The position numbers were made by a program, and so were the translations under genes. From Lytechinus pictus (taxonomy: Eukaryota), in the NCBI RefSeq assembly GCF_037042905.1, contig NC_087249.1, positions 6,760,001-6,824,000 of the forward strand: a stretch of 64,000 bases of DNA. The letters are read 5' to 3'. A model generated the notes under the pieces. The model did no database searches. It worked only from the letters and a program-made list of their open reading frames with translations, and was not told the DNA's origin. Below, one piece after another: positions 12,572-24,856 of this stretch. The first letter of the stretch is position 1. Every line of letters starts with the position of its first letter.

Positions 12572-15500
12572 GTGTACCGTGAAACCTTCTACACTATTCG
12601 TCTTCATAATGGAAACCTTAAGAAGTTACATAATCCCGTATACCATGTAATTTTCTGTAATTTTAAGCAATGCAAAGTTATTGTGCAGTAAGATTACAGG
12701 TGTTCTCTAGACTCTTCTGCAAGAACTTTTCTATTCAATTAAGGGGGAAATGTCTAATATACCCTGACATTCAATATTAAGAGAAAATATGTGTCGACTT
12801 GCGCCCCAATCAAAATACCCCAGTGTCACCCATGAAGATTGCCTTTTATTCATGTGATATTTCGCAGTCAATCATTGCCTTCGTTTAGGGAACATGAAGA
12901 AAACGCCACCTTTTCTTCTGGAAATCAGTTTGGGTGCCTTGATACATCTAGCCAAAGTAATGATGGTGCCCGTTTTATCGGGAATTATTAGTTGATGGGC
13001 CGTGTGTTGTGAATGACATTGATACACTTTATCAGAAATGTATCAGCAACTGGAATGAAAAATTTTTCAAGAGGAAACAGACTGGCCTTTTTTTTTTACT
13101 GTGGAAACGCTTCACTCGAAGAAAATAGTTTGGATATGCAGCCTAAAACCCCTGCCGAAGACTTGTGGACAAAAGAGGACCCTCTGGAATTTAAACAAGA
13201 TGTGTTATATTTTGTGCTAACAAGGGCCGAAGACACTTGTTGATTAAAAGTTTCAATCAGGGTATGTGCCAGAAGACTACAGACTGACGTAGGATAATGT
13301 CGTCATTGTGTACTCGCATTTCATTGGCGAGAACGCACGAAAAAGGGGTAACGTAGTCGTCTGCATAAAAACCCTTCGTGCGCAATGCTCCCGACCAGAT
13401 AAGGATCAACGTTAGTAGGCAGTTTACTACATTTGATATTTAATAGAAGTGTTCAATTATCGTATATCAAAGGCAGTGAACATGACCTCGCAAGATAACC
13501 ATGCAGCTCAAACTGTGCGTGAAAACGGGCAGTCACGGCATATTTTTTCGTGTAATGCGCGCGCACAGGCATTGCATCTATGCATTGCATAGGCATTGGA
13601 CTAGTAGTAAACGGAATAGTACTCCGTGATCGACTTGGCTGAAATTTGTGTGAATGATTTTTGAAAATATTGTGTGAAATTTTGGGGAAATTTTGGAGAA
13701 TGGAAAATACGTGCATTAGCGCCAAAATAACCCGTTCTTGTGCCGGACTCGTAGCCGAGTCACGCGGTCCGGGTCCGAGTAATAAACCTTCGAGTCCCGA
13801 GTCCGAGACCGAGTCCGACAAAACGGACTCGAGTCTGGTCTGAGTCTCGAGTTCGAGACCGGACTCGAGACACGCATCACTGCATACATCTGGATTATAT
13901 GCCCACCCCCATCCAACGAAATGAAGGAGATATTCCTTTCAAACATGATCGTCAGTATACCAATCGGACATTGCATTCCTCTTTTTCAGTATAACTTATA
14001 ACCGATTAAAATAATAAAGATTTTTAAGTCTGTGCCAGTAGAACCCACCCCCCAAAAAAAAAATTGAATTCGTTAGCTTTATCAAAACAACGTTTCATAA
14101 ACGGGATATTTTCCGATGGAAAATCTGCACGTTAAACCGAACATTAAACCTAACCTCCAAAACTAACTATACTAATCTTTACATTTCTCTCAACCAAAAA
14201 CTCGTTTTACAATCCCAACTCTAACCATATGCCCTCTGAGATATTAAGACTGGAGCAATTGTTGCAGGAGCATATGTCGTATCAAATATTTACCAACATC
14301 AGAAAACCTTGCGTAATCGGGATTGTTAAACCAATGTCTGTTAGTTTTTGTTTGTTTGAAGCATTGCCCGTGACCCCTGCCCTATCTGTCCCACAAAAGG
14401 TACAAAGACATCTTGAGAGGACACAATATGATGTACGGGAGGGGGGGGGGAGACTTCTCAACATTTGCGAGTGGGCGAAACAAGCCGAGGAAATTTTTTT
14501 TTTGTATTTTTTTTTCTTCTAATTTTGATAAAGTATTGTGTATGAGGGAGTTAACAACAGCCAAGTGGGAAATTACATTTAAAGTTTTGAAGGATTAAAA
14601 TTGTATTTTGGAGGTCTGTACAACTGGAATAGGATTCTTGACAGCATCATACATTTTTTTCATCTTTCAAAATTTCTAAGGGCAATAAGGGATGGGGGGG
14701 GGGGGGGCAAATGCTCCATCTTTATTTATGCCGTCACCGGCCAAAGAACAAGATGTTGGTAGGGCAACCCTTAACACATTCCAAACCTCTCTAGATCTTC
14801 CTCATTGTATAGATGATAGTTAATCAACATTAAGTTAGAATTATTTGTCTACTTATATATCTGGGAAGTAACTTTATTTCGTAATGTCCGATAACAATTT
14901 CGTATCATCACAGCATTTACTTTTTCGACAAATTCATTTTGCCTTTATCGCCTCTATAAAGTTCATGGTGTCAGGGTTCATCAATGAAGGTTTTTTCCCT
15001 ATAAATAGACATTAAAAAATCCCACAGCTGAACAGCCCATTCCCTGCCCTTTGCTATACATACACATAATAATTATTTCGCCATTGTTGATTTTCAAGTC
15101 GTAAAAAATCATCAAATGTCGATATCATCTAAGCAATGTTACGCAAGTAGTTACAGACAAATAATTGTATGATAATTGTCCTGCCCTTTTTATGTATTCC
15201 TTAATCCTATCTCAGTAATTGGGCGGTTGGGATTATTATGTAGGCAATTATCAAAGTCAGTGTACGTTTGATTCATTTTGAAGATAATAGAATCGAGATA
15301 AAGAATGAAGGTTACCGTTACCCGCTCATTTCACAACGATTTTCTTGAAAAAGCAATTTAGAAAGAGTACAATGACTGCTATTCCAATATTAACTCGAAT
15401 TGAGAAAGCGTACAGACCTTCACAAAGTCATTGATGAATCAAACAATTATCGCATAGTACACTAGTTATGTTACATTAAAAAAAATAATGATATAAAAAT

Positions 15501-18500
15501 AAGGTGGGGGAGAGCAAGGCGTGTGTGGGGGATCATTTTTTTCATTAAAAAATAATTTCGTTTATTTCCTTTTCCAGTGATTACAATGTAATATCTGGTT
15601 TTGTACATCTCGCTAAGCAATAAATACATAGCAAATTTCTACATGTACGTACAATGTACTGTATAGTTTAGATTCTCATACAAACAGGTTGAGAATGGAA
15701 GAGGCTGCTAAAGAGAGGGCCTTATAGATTGCAGCCTCTTATGAAAAAGATATATATTTCTAAAAAATAATAAAGACCCACAAATTATAATTTACCAAGA
15801 TGACAACTTGAGTGGAAAACCAGTATGTTTAATAAAAAAAGATAAAACAGAAAGAGAGAAAGAGGGAGATTAAGAGTATCTAGAATCTTAGAAAATGGTT
15901 GTCACAGACAGGGATCCCAAAATGGTTTTGAAAATGGAGTGGGGGGGGGGGGGCTGACCATGTACAGAATCACAATCAGATTGTAATTTTCTTTAAAGGG
16001 TTTGTGCACGTTTATGGAGAAAGATGAAGGGGTTTCCCCGGTTCCGCGGCCCCTCATGACCAGGGAAGCGTTTCATGGAAGGACTCGTCGGACGTTTTAT
16101 CCGACAATTACATGTACCGTAGTAACAGTTCTTCTCAGCCAATAAAAATCACTGAAAGTTGTCAAATCTGACAATTTATCAGATAAAATGTTGTTGAAAC
16201 GCTCCCCTGGATACCAGATATCGGTGAGATTTGTGAAAGAAATCTATAAAGTTAAAACCCGATATTCTGAGCAGTATCAAGCATCAAGACAAAATCTATT
16301 AGCGTTGTCATGACAACTACGTTGACGATGACTTGTGCGTTGAGATATTCATGAATGCACTCATCAGTTTCGATCAAGTTTTGTAGATCTCGTGTAATTC
16401 GGCTTAACACACGGTCCTGCGCGTTCGAAGTCCACCGCGGTCTAGCGCCCTTTAGCAAGGCGTCATCAACACCACTCCCAACCCAGGTGCTAAATGGGTA
16501 CCAGGGTGCCGTTTCATAAAGCTGTTCGTAAGTTGAGAGCGACTTTTAGAACGACTGGTGAACCATTCTTACGCGCTAAACCATTGCCGCCAATGAACAT
16601 TCACCACAAGAAAGGATCATCCGTCGTTCTTAAACTCGCTCTTAACTTACGAACAGCTTGATGAAACACCCACCCGGTAGGATATGCTGTACACGTAGCA
16701 ACTGAGTTTTGAAACTTGTTGGGATGCTATCGAGGGAGTGGAGAGAGGACATTATGCGGGCGAGCAAGGATTCTAGGACCGGGTCCGGGGTATTATGAAA
16801 GGTGCTTAATTAGAAACACCAGTGGCGGCCGCACAGAAGCGCAACAGAACGCTAACAGTAGGGCCAGTCACACCTTTCAAGGGCGACCACCACTAGACGC
16901 ATTGTTTTCACTAACAGAGCACTAAAAGTAGGCCTACCGGTATCGATAAACTCAAAGAAGCTTAGCCGAATTCCTAATAATCTAACAATAAAAGGCCCAG
17001 CAGCAGCTAACAGTGGCGCTTATGTTAATATAAATCACTAACAGTGCTAAGGGCACCAATAGTGACGTTGTTAGTGAATAATTTCTCCCTTTTAAAGTTG
17101 TCTCCCTTTCTTATACCAAGTAATTCAAAATAGACCTCGACCGAATTAAAGGGGTATTCCGGGCCCACACAACAATATATGAATAAATGAAGTAAAATTA
17201 GATGAGCAAATTGCTGAAAATGTCATCAAAATCTGATGAAATATAACAAAATTCTTGAATATTAAAAATGTAATACTGTATTTTGCAAATGATATTACTG
17301 AGCAGCATGTGGCCATGAATATGCAATAAATGGAACGATGATGCCATATCCTTCTAGCTCTTTCCTGTTTTTTCCTGTATGTCGCCCGAGTAACAAAATG
17401 GTGATCTTTGAAGCAATATTCTGGTTGGACAAAATTTAAATAAACCTAATTTTGTATGATACAACAGACCCTCATTGCATATTCCTGAAGACATGAATAT
17501 AAATTTCACCGAAAATAGGGCCTAATGCAAAATTTTAAGATACCATAATTTTTTGTATTCATTTCCAATTTTCATCAATTTGTCAGTGTTTTGTTTGTCT
17601 CACTTCAGGGGCCGCTGAAGCGGGGGGGGGGGGGGGTTGGGGCTGGGGGCTTTTTCCAAAACCGTGTACAAAAACGTAAAAATGACCGTATGATTGTGAT
17701 TTTTTGCATGGTCAGCCCTCCCCCCACTTTGAAATCCGTTCCGCGGCCCCTGCACTTTACTGTTCAAATCGTATTATTTTCTTCAGCCTGGAGTACCCCT
17801 TAGCGGGGGATGTTGATTAGTGCTAAGATATGATCCTTTTCATCAATTTTTTTTCTTCCAAGATATATCATTTTTTAAGTGTTTGAAGAGATTTTTAAGA
17901 ATAGACCCTACATTAGAAAGAAGAAAAATAGCTGATGAAATTTATCGCATGATAATCATCATTGGGAAATACTCTATCATGAACATGATGAGTGAAGTCT
18001 GTGAAGAGCATTTTCAAACAAAAGAAACTGATAAAAAGAGGGATTGCATTTTTCTTGTACAGAATCTCCAACGTAATATCATGATAGGCTAATTTTCTTG
18101 ATCTTTTTAAAGCTTATTCGATATTTTTTACATTGAATTAGTAAATATATATTTGCTACTTGCTGTCATTTCATGTTTAAATGTAAAAATAAGGAAATTT
18201 TTGAAGGCCTATATGATAATGAATTACATTCATTTACCCTTTCCTAGACAAGATTTTAAACTTGTAGAATGTGCAAGTAATCATAACTATATCTTAAGTT
18301 AAATCTAGATCACTACGCACAAATTATAGACTTTGCCTAACTCAAATCCCTTAACAACACTGGCGACTAACGGCGCTTTAACAGTGCTTTCTGTGCCTTC
18401 TGTGCAGCGGCCTTTCTACCCATTATGTTAGTAGCTGATTTATTAATGAATAATGATATACAGATTGCGATGTCAAGCGTTGATCCCAGATGTAAATAAT

Positions 18501-19562
18501 GCATTACTTTGACATTAGCCATCGCGGCGAGATTACCGGTTGTAACAGGGCCCTTTGTTAGCGGCCGATACAGAACAGCATATTAAGAGATTTATATGTC
18601 GTTTGATATCACACTGTAAAAATGACAGAAACTGCAGAATCAATCTGTAAATTGGTAAACAGGAAATGTTCTCCAATTTAAGTGAAAAAGGGGGGAAAAG
18701 GGACAACAAGTTTCATTATAGGAAATTTGTTGGGTTGTAATCCAACATGTATCTTTCTTGGGCAAGTGTTGGTCCTAAAAAGAACTACCCAATTGGCTGA
18801 TTTTTGGTGGTCCTTTTCAGGACCAACACTTGCCCAAGAAAGATACATGGTGTACCGTGAAACCTTCTACACTATTCGTCTTCATAATGGAAACCTTAAG
18901 AAGTTACATAATCCCGTATACCATGTAATTTTCTGTAATTTTAAGCAATGCAAAGTTATTGTGCAGTAAGATTACAGGTGTTCTCTAGACTCTTCTGCAA
19001 GAACTTTTCTATTCAATTAAGGGGGAAATGTCTAATATACCCTGACATTCAATATTAAGAGAAAATATGTGTCGACTTGCGCCCCAATCAAAATACCCCA
19101 GTGTCACCCATGAAGATTGCCTTTTATTCATGTGATATTTCGCAGTCAATCATTGCCTTCGTTTAGGGAACATGAAGAAAACGCCACCTTTTCTTCTGGA
19201 AATCAGTTTGGGTGCCTTGATACATCTAGCCAAAGTAATGATGGTGCCCGTTTTATCGGGAATTATTAGTTGATGGGCCGTGTGTTGTGAATGACATTGA
19301 TACACTTTATCAGAAATGTATCAGCAACTGGAATGAAAAATTTTTCAAGAGGAAACAGACTGGCCTTTTTTTTTTACTGTGGAAACGCTTCACTCGAAGA
19401 AAATAGTTTGGATATGCAGCCTAAAACCCCTGCCGAAGACTTGTGGACAAAAGAGGACCCTCTGGAATTTAAACAAGATGTGTTATATTTTGTGCTAACA
19501 AGGGCCGAAGACACTTGTTGATTAAAAGTTTCAATCAGGGTATGTGCCAGAAGACTACAGAC

Positions 19563-19680
19563 TGACGTAGGATAATGTCGTCATTGTGTACTCGCATTTC
19601 ATTGGCGAGAACGCACGAAAAAGGGGTAACGTAGTCGTCTGCATAAAAACCCTTCGTGCGCAATGCTCCCGACCAGATAA
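19563..19680 (+). promoter_or_regulatory. Candidate core promoter of the GPCR (orphan copy at 13285-13402)
   Basis: CRE-like TGACGT at 19563, reverse CCAAT (ATTGG) at 19601, TATA-like CATAAAAA at 19642, 100 bp before the ATG. Motif evidence only; a 5' UTR intron (TTATCTAG at about 19732) cannot be excluded. Confidence 0.4.
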
Positions 19681-19741
19681 GGATCAACGTTAGTAGGCAG
19701 TTAGACGCATCAGAAGAAAAAGATTTATCTAGCTTGTTATC

Positions 19742-20992
19742 ATGGAAAATCTGAATGTGTCGGATGATGCAAAGACTCCTGGACCGGGTGCCTCTGAAGG
19801 TATTTTAACGCAGATAACAACGATTTATGACTACCAGGGAAGTACAGAATCAAGTACTTTAGGAAATGGAATGGAGATTCCTCATTTGGAGCTTGGGCCG
19901 TGGTCTACCGGCCCATTTATCTGGTCCAGGTATCTCATTTTTCAAACGGTCACCGCAGTTATCGGCATCATAGGCAACGGACTTGTCATGTTGGTGCTTT
20001 TCCAAAGAAGGGCGAAGCGACGTTCGACCGATACCTTGGTCGGTGGACTTGCCACAGCCGATTTTCTTACATCCATCTTCATCCTCCCTGTCCCAAAGGC
20101 GGCTACAGTTCCTCTGAACTGGCTGGGTAAACTTTATTGCATGATACAAGAAACGAAAATCACCAAAGATATCTGTGTCACGGCATCAATCTATCTCCTA
20201 GTCGCCATATCATTTGAGCGTTACATCGCCATCGGTCATCCTATCTATTTCAACCGTTTCCTGACACGTGGACGCGTGGCTGCATCCGTAGCCATCATCT
20301 GGTTCTGCGCCATCCTTACCTCTGTGCCTCGCGTCTTTACCATCACTGTCCGCAGCGTGGACAACCGCGGCACGTTGGGGGTCTGCTTTTACAAGCCTGT
20401 CGGCCGAACAAACCAGATCACCCTCTCCTTGTACCTCTTCTGTCTCCGTATTTTTATCCCAACGGTGACGATGTTGGTGACACAGAGCCTCATAGCCAAG
20501 CATCTCTATCGACAAGGCCGCAGGTTTCGTGGGAAAAAGGATACATCCTTCCACGATGTTGCCCGGCGGCGTGTTCTCAAGCTGATGCTGATCGTCATCA
20601 TCACCTACATCATCTGTTGGGGTCCATCTCAAGTTGCCGTCTTTCTCTTCATCTTCGGAATCCTCCCACCAAGCTTCAGGCAGAGTCCAGTATGGATCAT
20701 CATCTTTATGCTCTCATTCTTCAACTCCTGCGCCAACCCGATCATCTACGCCATCAGGTTCAAAGAGTTCCGAGAAGCAGTGTGGGCTTTGTTCAGTAGG
20801 CAGAGGCGACCCCTGACCGCCATCTTCGAGCAGGAAAAGAGAAACAACAACAGTGATAAGCCAACCCGCCTGACCGATGTGAAGACTGATGGATTAAACA
20901 ACACGACGAATCCGGCCCAGTCAACAAATAGTGCTGGCATCGGAGGTGCGCGTAACAACACCAACATCCGTGAACACCTTGGGGTGAAATGA
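19742..20992 (+). CDS. Single-exon rhodopsin-like (class A) GPCR, 416 aa, galanin/allatostatin/somatostatin-receptor-like orphan
   Basis: Seven hydrophobic segments with GN (TM1), LATAD (TM2), ERY (TM3), W (TM4), P (TM5), CWGP (TM6), NPIIY (TM7), helix 8 FREAV, and Cys before TM3 and in ECL2. Good start context (ATCATGG), GC-rich codons, no disruptions. Confidence 0.96.
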   Translation: MENLNVSDDAKTPGPGASEGILTQITTIYDYQGSTESSTLGNGMEIPHLELGPWSTGPFIWSRYLIFQTVTAVIGIIGNGLVMLVLFQRRAKRRSTDTLVGGLATADFLTSIFILPVPKAATVPLNWLGKLYCMIQETKITKDICVTASIYLLVAISFERYIAIGHPIYFNRFLTRGRVAASVAIIWFCAILTSVPRVFTITVRSVDNRGTLGVCFYKPVGRTNQITLSLYLFCLRIFIPTVTMLVTQSLIAKHLYRQGRRFRGKKDTSFHDVARRRVLKLMLIVIITYIICWGPSQVAVFLFIFGILPPSFRQSPVWIIIFMLSFFNSCANPIIYAIRFKEFREAVWALFSRQRRPLTAIFEQEKRNNNSDKPTRLTDVKTDGLNNTTNPAQSTNSAGIGGARNNTNIREHLGVK

Positions 20993-23146
20993 AAGTACTG
21001 CTACTTAGGGCTCGTTTCCTATCCAGAAATGGAACTGGATGGTATTAAATCCACTTGATTTATAGACCCTAGTTGCACGTCCTTTGTTAAGGGGGGGGGG
21101 GTCAAGAATAGCTTCGGGTATTGGGGCATAAGAGGGTGTAAAAATGAAAGGGGTTGTCAAATCGCTCTCTTTTGAATAAGAATAATATTATGCAATTTTT
21201 CTTTATGATGAAATTTGCCAATATCTTTATAACTGTGAAATTTGGTCTTTTTAAACGTATGGTAGAATATACAGTGGATTAAATTAGTTTTTTTGGGGGG
21301 AGCGGTAACCTCAGCCTCTCAAAAATAAATTTCAGTTACTTTTTATGAGATGGAGCGTAGAAACTGAGCGAAAAAAAAACATATTGCCGGTTTCAAAACT
21401 CAAACTTTAAACCTATGATTCTGTATACAAATTGGGTTAAGCAGGGAGGGGGCTGTAGTGTCGACCTCCCCAAATGGATGTTTGTTTTGTTATGCGAGGG
21501 AGCATTATAGAGACCGAGCTAGGATTTTTTTCATTGCAATCTGTGAAAAAGCAGTGAATGGAATCTGTACCATTGCCCTCTAATAAGAGAGACTTGCATC
21601 AATAATGATAACAATAATAATGATAATAGGAATAAGAAAAAAAAATTATGCAATTATTCTTTATGCGAGGGGGTGTAGCGACGTACCAAGCAAGACAGTT
21701 TTGCCAATTTCAATCGAGTGTAGCGGTTTTGGCTAGAAGACGATTTTAGAAGCAAAATTGAATACTCAAAACAAACATGAAAATTTGTGTTTAGGACTTG
21801 TAATCCAGTTTCAAACAAAAAAGCACTTTAGTGATTAAAATATGTGGATAAAGACTCTTTGGATAATTAATTTCTCACCTTTCTGTCCAACATAATGTCA
21901 ATTTATTCTTTAAGTGTCCACAACAGGAAGTATATCCGAATATTCCATGTTATTGGCAAGATTCCATGGTACAATGTTTTTACGATCGCTCATTCGTAAA
22001 CTTCTTCTGCTGGAGTTTGAATGCCGTTTTTTTTTTAATGAATATTCATACATGCATATTAGGTATGTGCATCTTTGACCAATCTGAGCACAGCGCGATG
22101 CGCGTAACACAGGTCACGCTATCTGTTCCCATGAACTAGAATAGCGTGCTGACCTTGATGAATTTGTATTTGTGTGTAAACCATAGAGATGTATACATCT
22201 CTATGTTCCAGCCAGATTTTTCAAATACTGAAATTAGCGATGAAAATCGGCTCCTACTGCGCAAGCGCAGTAGCAGAAATATGGCCAATATTGCCCTCTG
22301 TTTTGTACAGGATTCCTATGGGCAAAGCCGGGGGGCGAAATTATTTTTCCCACCGAGTTCTGGACCGACATATATGAATATTCATGACTTGCGTCTTCGG
22401 ATTGAGAGTACGCATGCGCGTGGACTTGGTCTCGACCACTGCCGATCGTAAGCATTCACGTTGCTCAGAATGAATTAGCATCGTCAAATTACCGGTACCC
22501 TTACATAGTTACATAGGCCTTATAGGCTTAGATCTATATATACATCCAATTCTTAAACACTTATCAAACTAGCTGCCATTAATGGCAAGACATGTGCTTG
22601 GGTAGGGCTAGCTTAGGCTAGCGCATTAACTTTACCTCAAATCAGGACCTGTCTAATGCCTAATACTAATAGGAATAGCCGACTAATGCCATGGTTAACT
22701 TCGAACTTGTTAATTCCGAACTTTACGTTTGATTAGGTTTGGACCAACATTAGCTTATTTACCATGGTTTTATATGTCTAGTCCGTATACAGAACCAGTC
22801 CTAGATCTAAAAAAAAATATCTTAGTTCTAGTCTAGTCTCTAGATCTAGACTCTGATCTACGCGCTATCAGCATGGAACCACTAGTGTACCAAAGGGGGG
22901 GGGGGCAGACTGCCCCCTGACGAGTCACAACTGATCCAGGGGACGTGCCCCCCCTTGAGAAGCCAAATTAATAATTTGTAATGTCAAAATGCAACGAAAA
23001 AAGACGTTTGTCCCCTCTTTTGAACGTGAAGATCTTTTTTTTTTCTTGTCAAATTTTTTTCAGCTACGAAATCCTTAATTTTGGGTGAAGACGGGAATCA
23101 AGATCACTGACGTTAATTTGTGCCTGACGTTAGAATACGTTCCATG

Positions 23147-23463
23147 CACGCACTGGTGTACCTAGGATTTTCCAAAAGGGGGGCAAATTTTTTAGAGGAT
23201 ATTTCGTCCGCGAAAAAATGTGACAACCCCCCCCCCCAAAAAAAAAGGGTCTTCACCCCAAATTATAGATTTCTTAGCTGAAAAAAATTGACAAGCAAAA
23301 AAAAAAGAAAAGATCTTCACGTTCAAAAAAGGGGACATACGTCTTTTTCATTGCATTTTTACATTACAAATTATTAATTTGGCTTCTCAAAGGGGACACG
23401 TCCCCTGAATCAGTTGTGACTCGTCAGAGGGACAGTCTCCCCCCCCCCCTTGGTCCACTAGTG
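23147..23463. mobile_element. hAT-like MITE in the centre of the foldback element
   Basis: 8-bp TSD GTTCCATG at 23139-23146 and 23464-23471. Same family as 59813-60054, in opposite orientation. Confidence 0.75.
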
Positions 23464-24856
23464 GTTCCATGCTGATACAGCGTAGATCAGAGTCTAGATA
23501 TAGAGACTAGACTAGAACTAAGATAAAAAATTTTTAGATCTAGGACTGGTTTTGTATACGGACTAGACATATTAAACCATGGCAAATAAGCTAATATTTG
23601 TCTAAACCTAATTAAACATGAAGTTCGGAATTAACCAGTTCGAAGTTAACCATGGCATTAGTCGGCTATTCAGTGTTGTAGTCAAGGCTCAAACCTCCAA
23701 GGCCAAGACTTTAATATCCAAGGCCAAGGCTTCAATACCAAAGGCCAAGGCCAAGGCATGGAAACCCAAGGCCAAGGCCTGGAAACCTCAAGGCCAAGGC
23801 ATTTCAAACTTACGATATACAGAACAATGGACTAACAATACTTAGGCGGCAGACATCACACATGGTAAAATGTATGTGAGCGAGGGGACTGAGCGAGAAA
23901 AAAAAAACCTTTGTACATTTAAAACAAAAATAATTTCATGATAGAGACATATTAAAATAATGATATAGTTACCTGTGTACACATAATCCATTATTTTTCT
24001 ATAGGCGATTTACATTGCAATAATTATTATTACCACGGTCATCTGATCCTGGCATTCTCAACGTATGTTTTTCTCCACTCCATGGGACAGGGGCAACAGA
24101 AAATTATTATGGGGGGGGGGGGGGTCAACGCCAAAAAGGCACCCATTTATCAAAATGAGTTTTTTGTGCAAACAGATACATGTATTTTCAAAATGAGATT
24201 ATGAACTGCGTGAAGTAATTGTGTGTTTTATAGAAATTAAGTTGAGCAAAGGCTTTCTAAAGTGATTTTTAATTATAAGATAGATATTTTGCTTTAGGTT
24301 TTACTTCTCAGCGAGAAAGCATAGCGAGCAAGTGGTTTTGAAAAAAAATCAATTCTGATGTTGTAAAACTTGATTTATGGTCAATTATGGGGCTAATCAT
24401 TGTTGAAATTTCCTTGCGCGATGTCGCCAGCGCGAATCACCAGCTCAAACTTCTTGACATGTCGTGTAATAAGACATGGAAATTATTTTATTCTGAGCTG
24501 GTTTTGTAATCATGAAAAAGATGTGTATCTAACTAAAAAATAACTTTGCGCTCGCTAATTCTTTTTATATACTGACCAGTAAAGGAAGCAGTTAATTACT
24601 GCATTTTAAATAAGATACATAACTCACCAATAAAAAAATAATGCGAGCGCAAAGCGCGAGCTCAAAACTTTGTGATATTCCAACCTGAAAACTGGACATT
24701 CTAAGCATATTTTTGTGAACGAGAAGAGAACGAGTACAATAATTGATGCGAGTGCAGGAAGCGAGCCAAATATTTGTGATATTTCAACCATAAAGCAACA
24801 TTCTATACATTTTTGTTACCATTAGCAGTACTGTACTAAACAATAATTGATGCAAG

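Larger units (their letters stand above)
7148..19702. repeat. Tandem duplication, about 6277-bp unit (7148-13424 and 13424-19702)
   Basis: ORF track repeats at offset 6276-6278. Differences seen: C7320/T13596, G10914/A17190, G11340/T17616 and homopolymer lengths. Confidence 0.97.

Noticed and set aside
19291..19521. Upstream ORF or extra GPCR exon (copy at 13013)
   Set aside because: No motif or splice support, and the GPCR ORF already has a complete N-terminus.
19859..20967. Overlapping and antisense ORFs within the GPCR
   Set aside because: Expected by-products of GC-rich coding sequence; no recognisable motifs.
23618..23845. KAKAK histone-H1-like ORF
   Set aside because: Comes from CAAGGC subterminal repeats and crosses an insertion junction.
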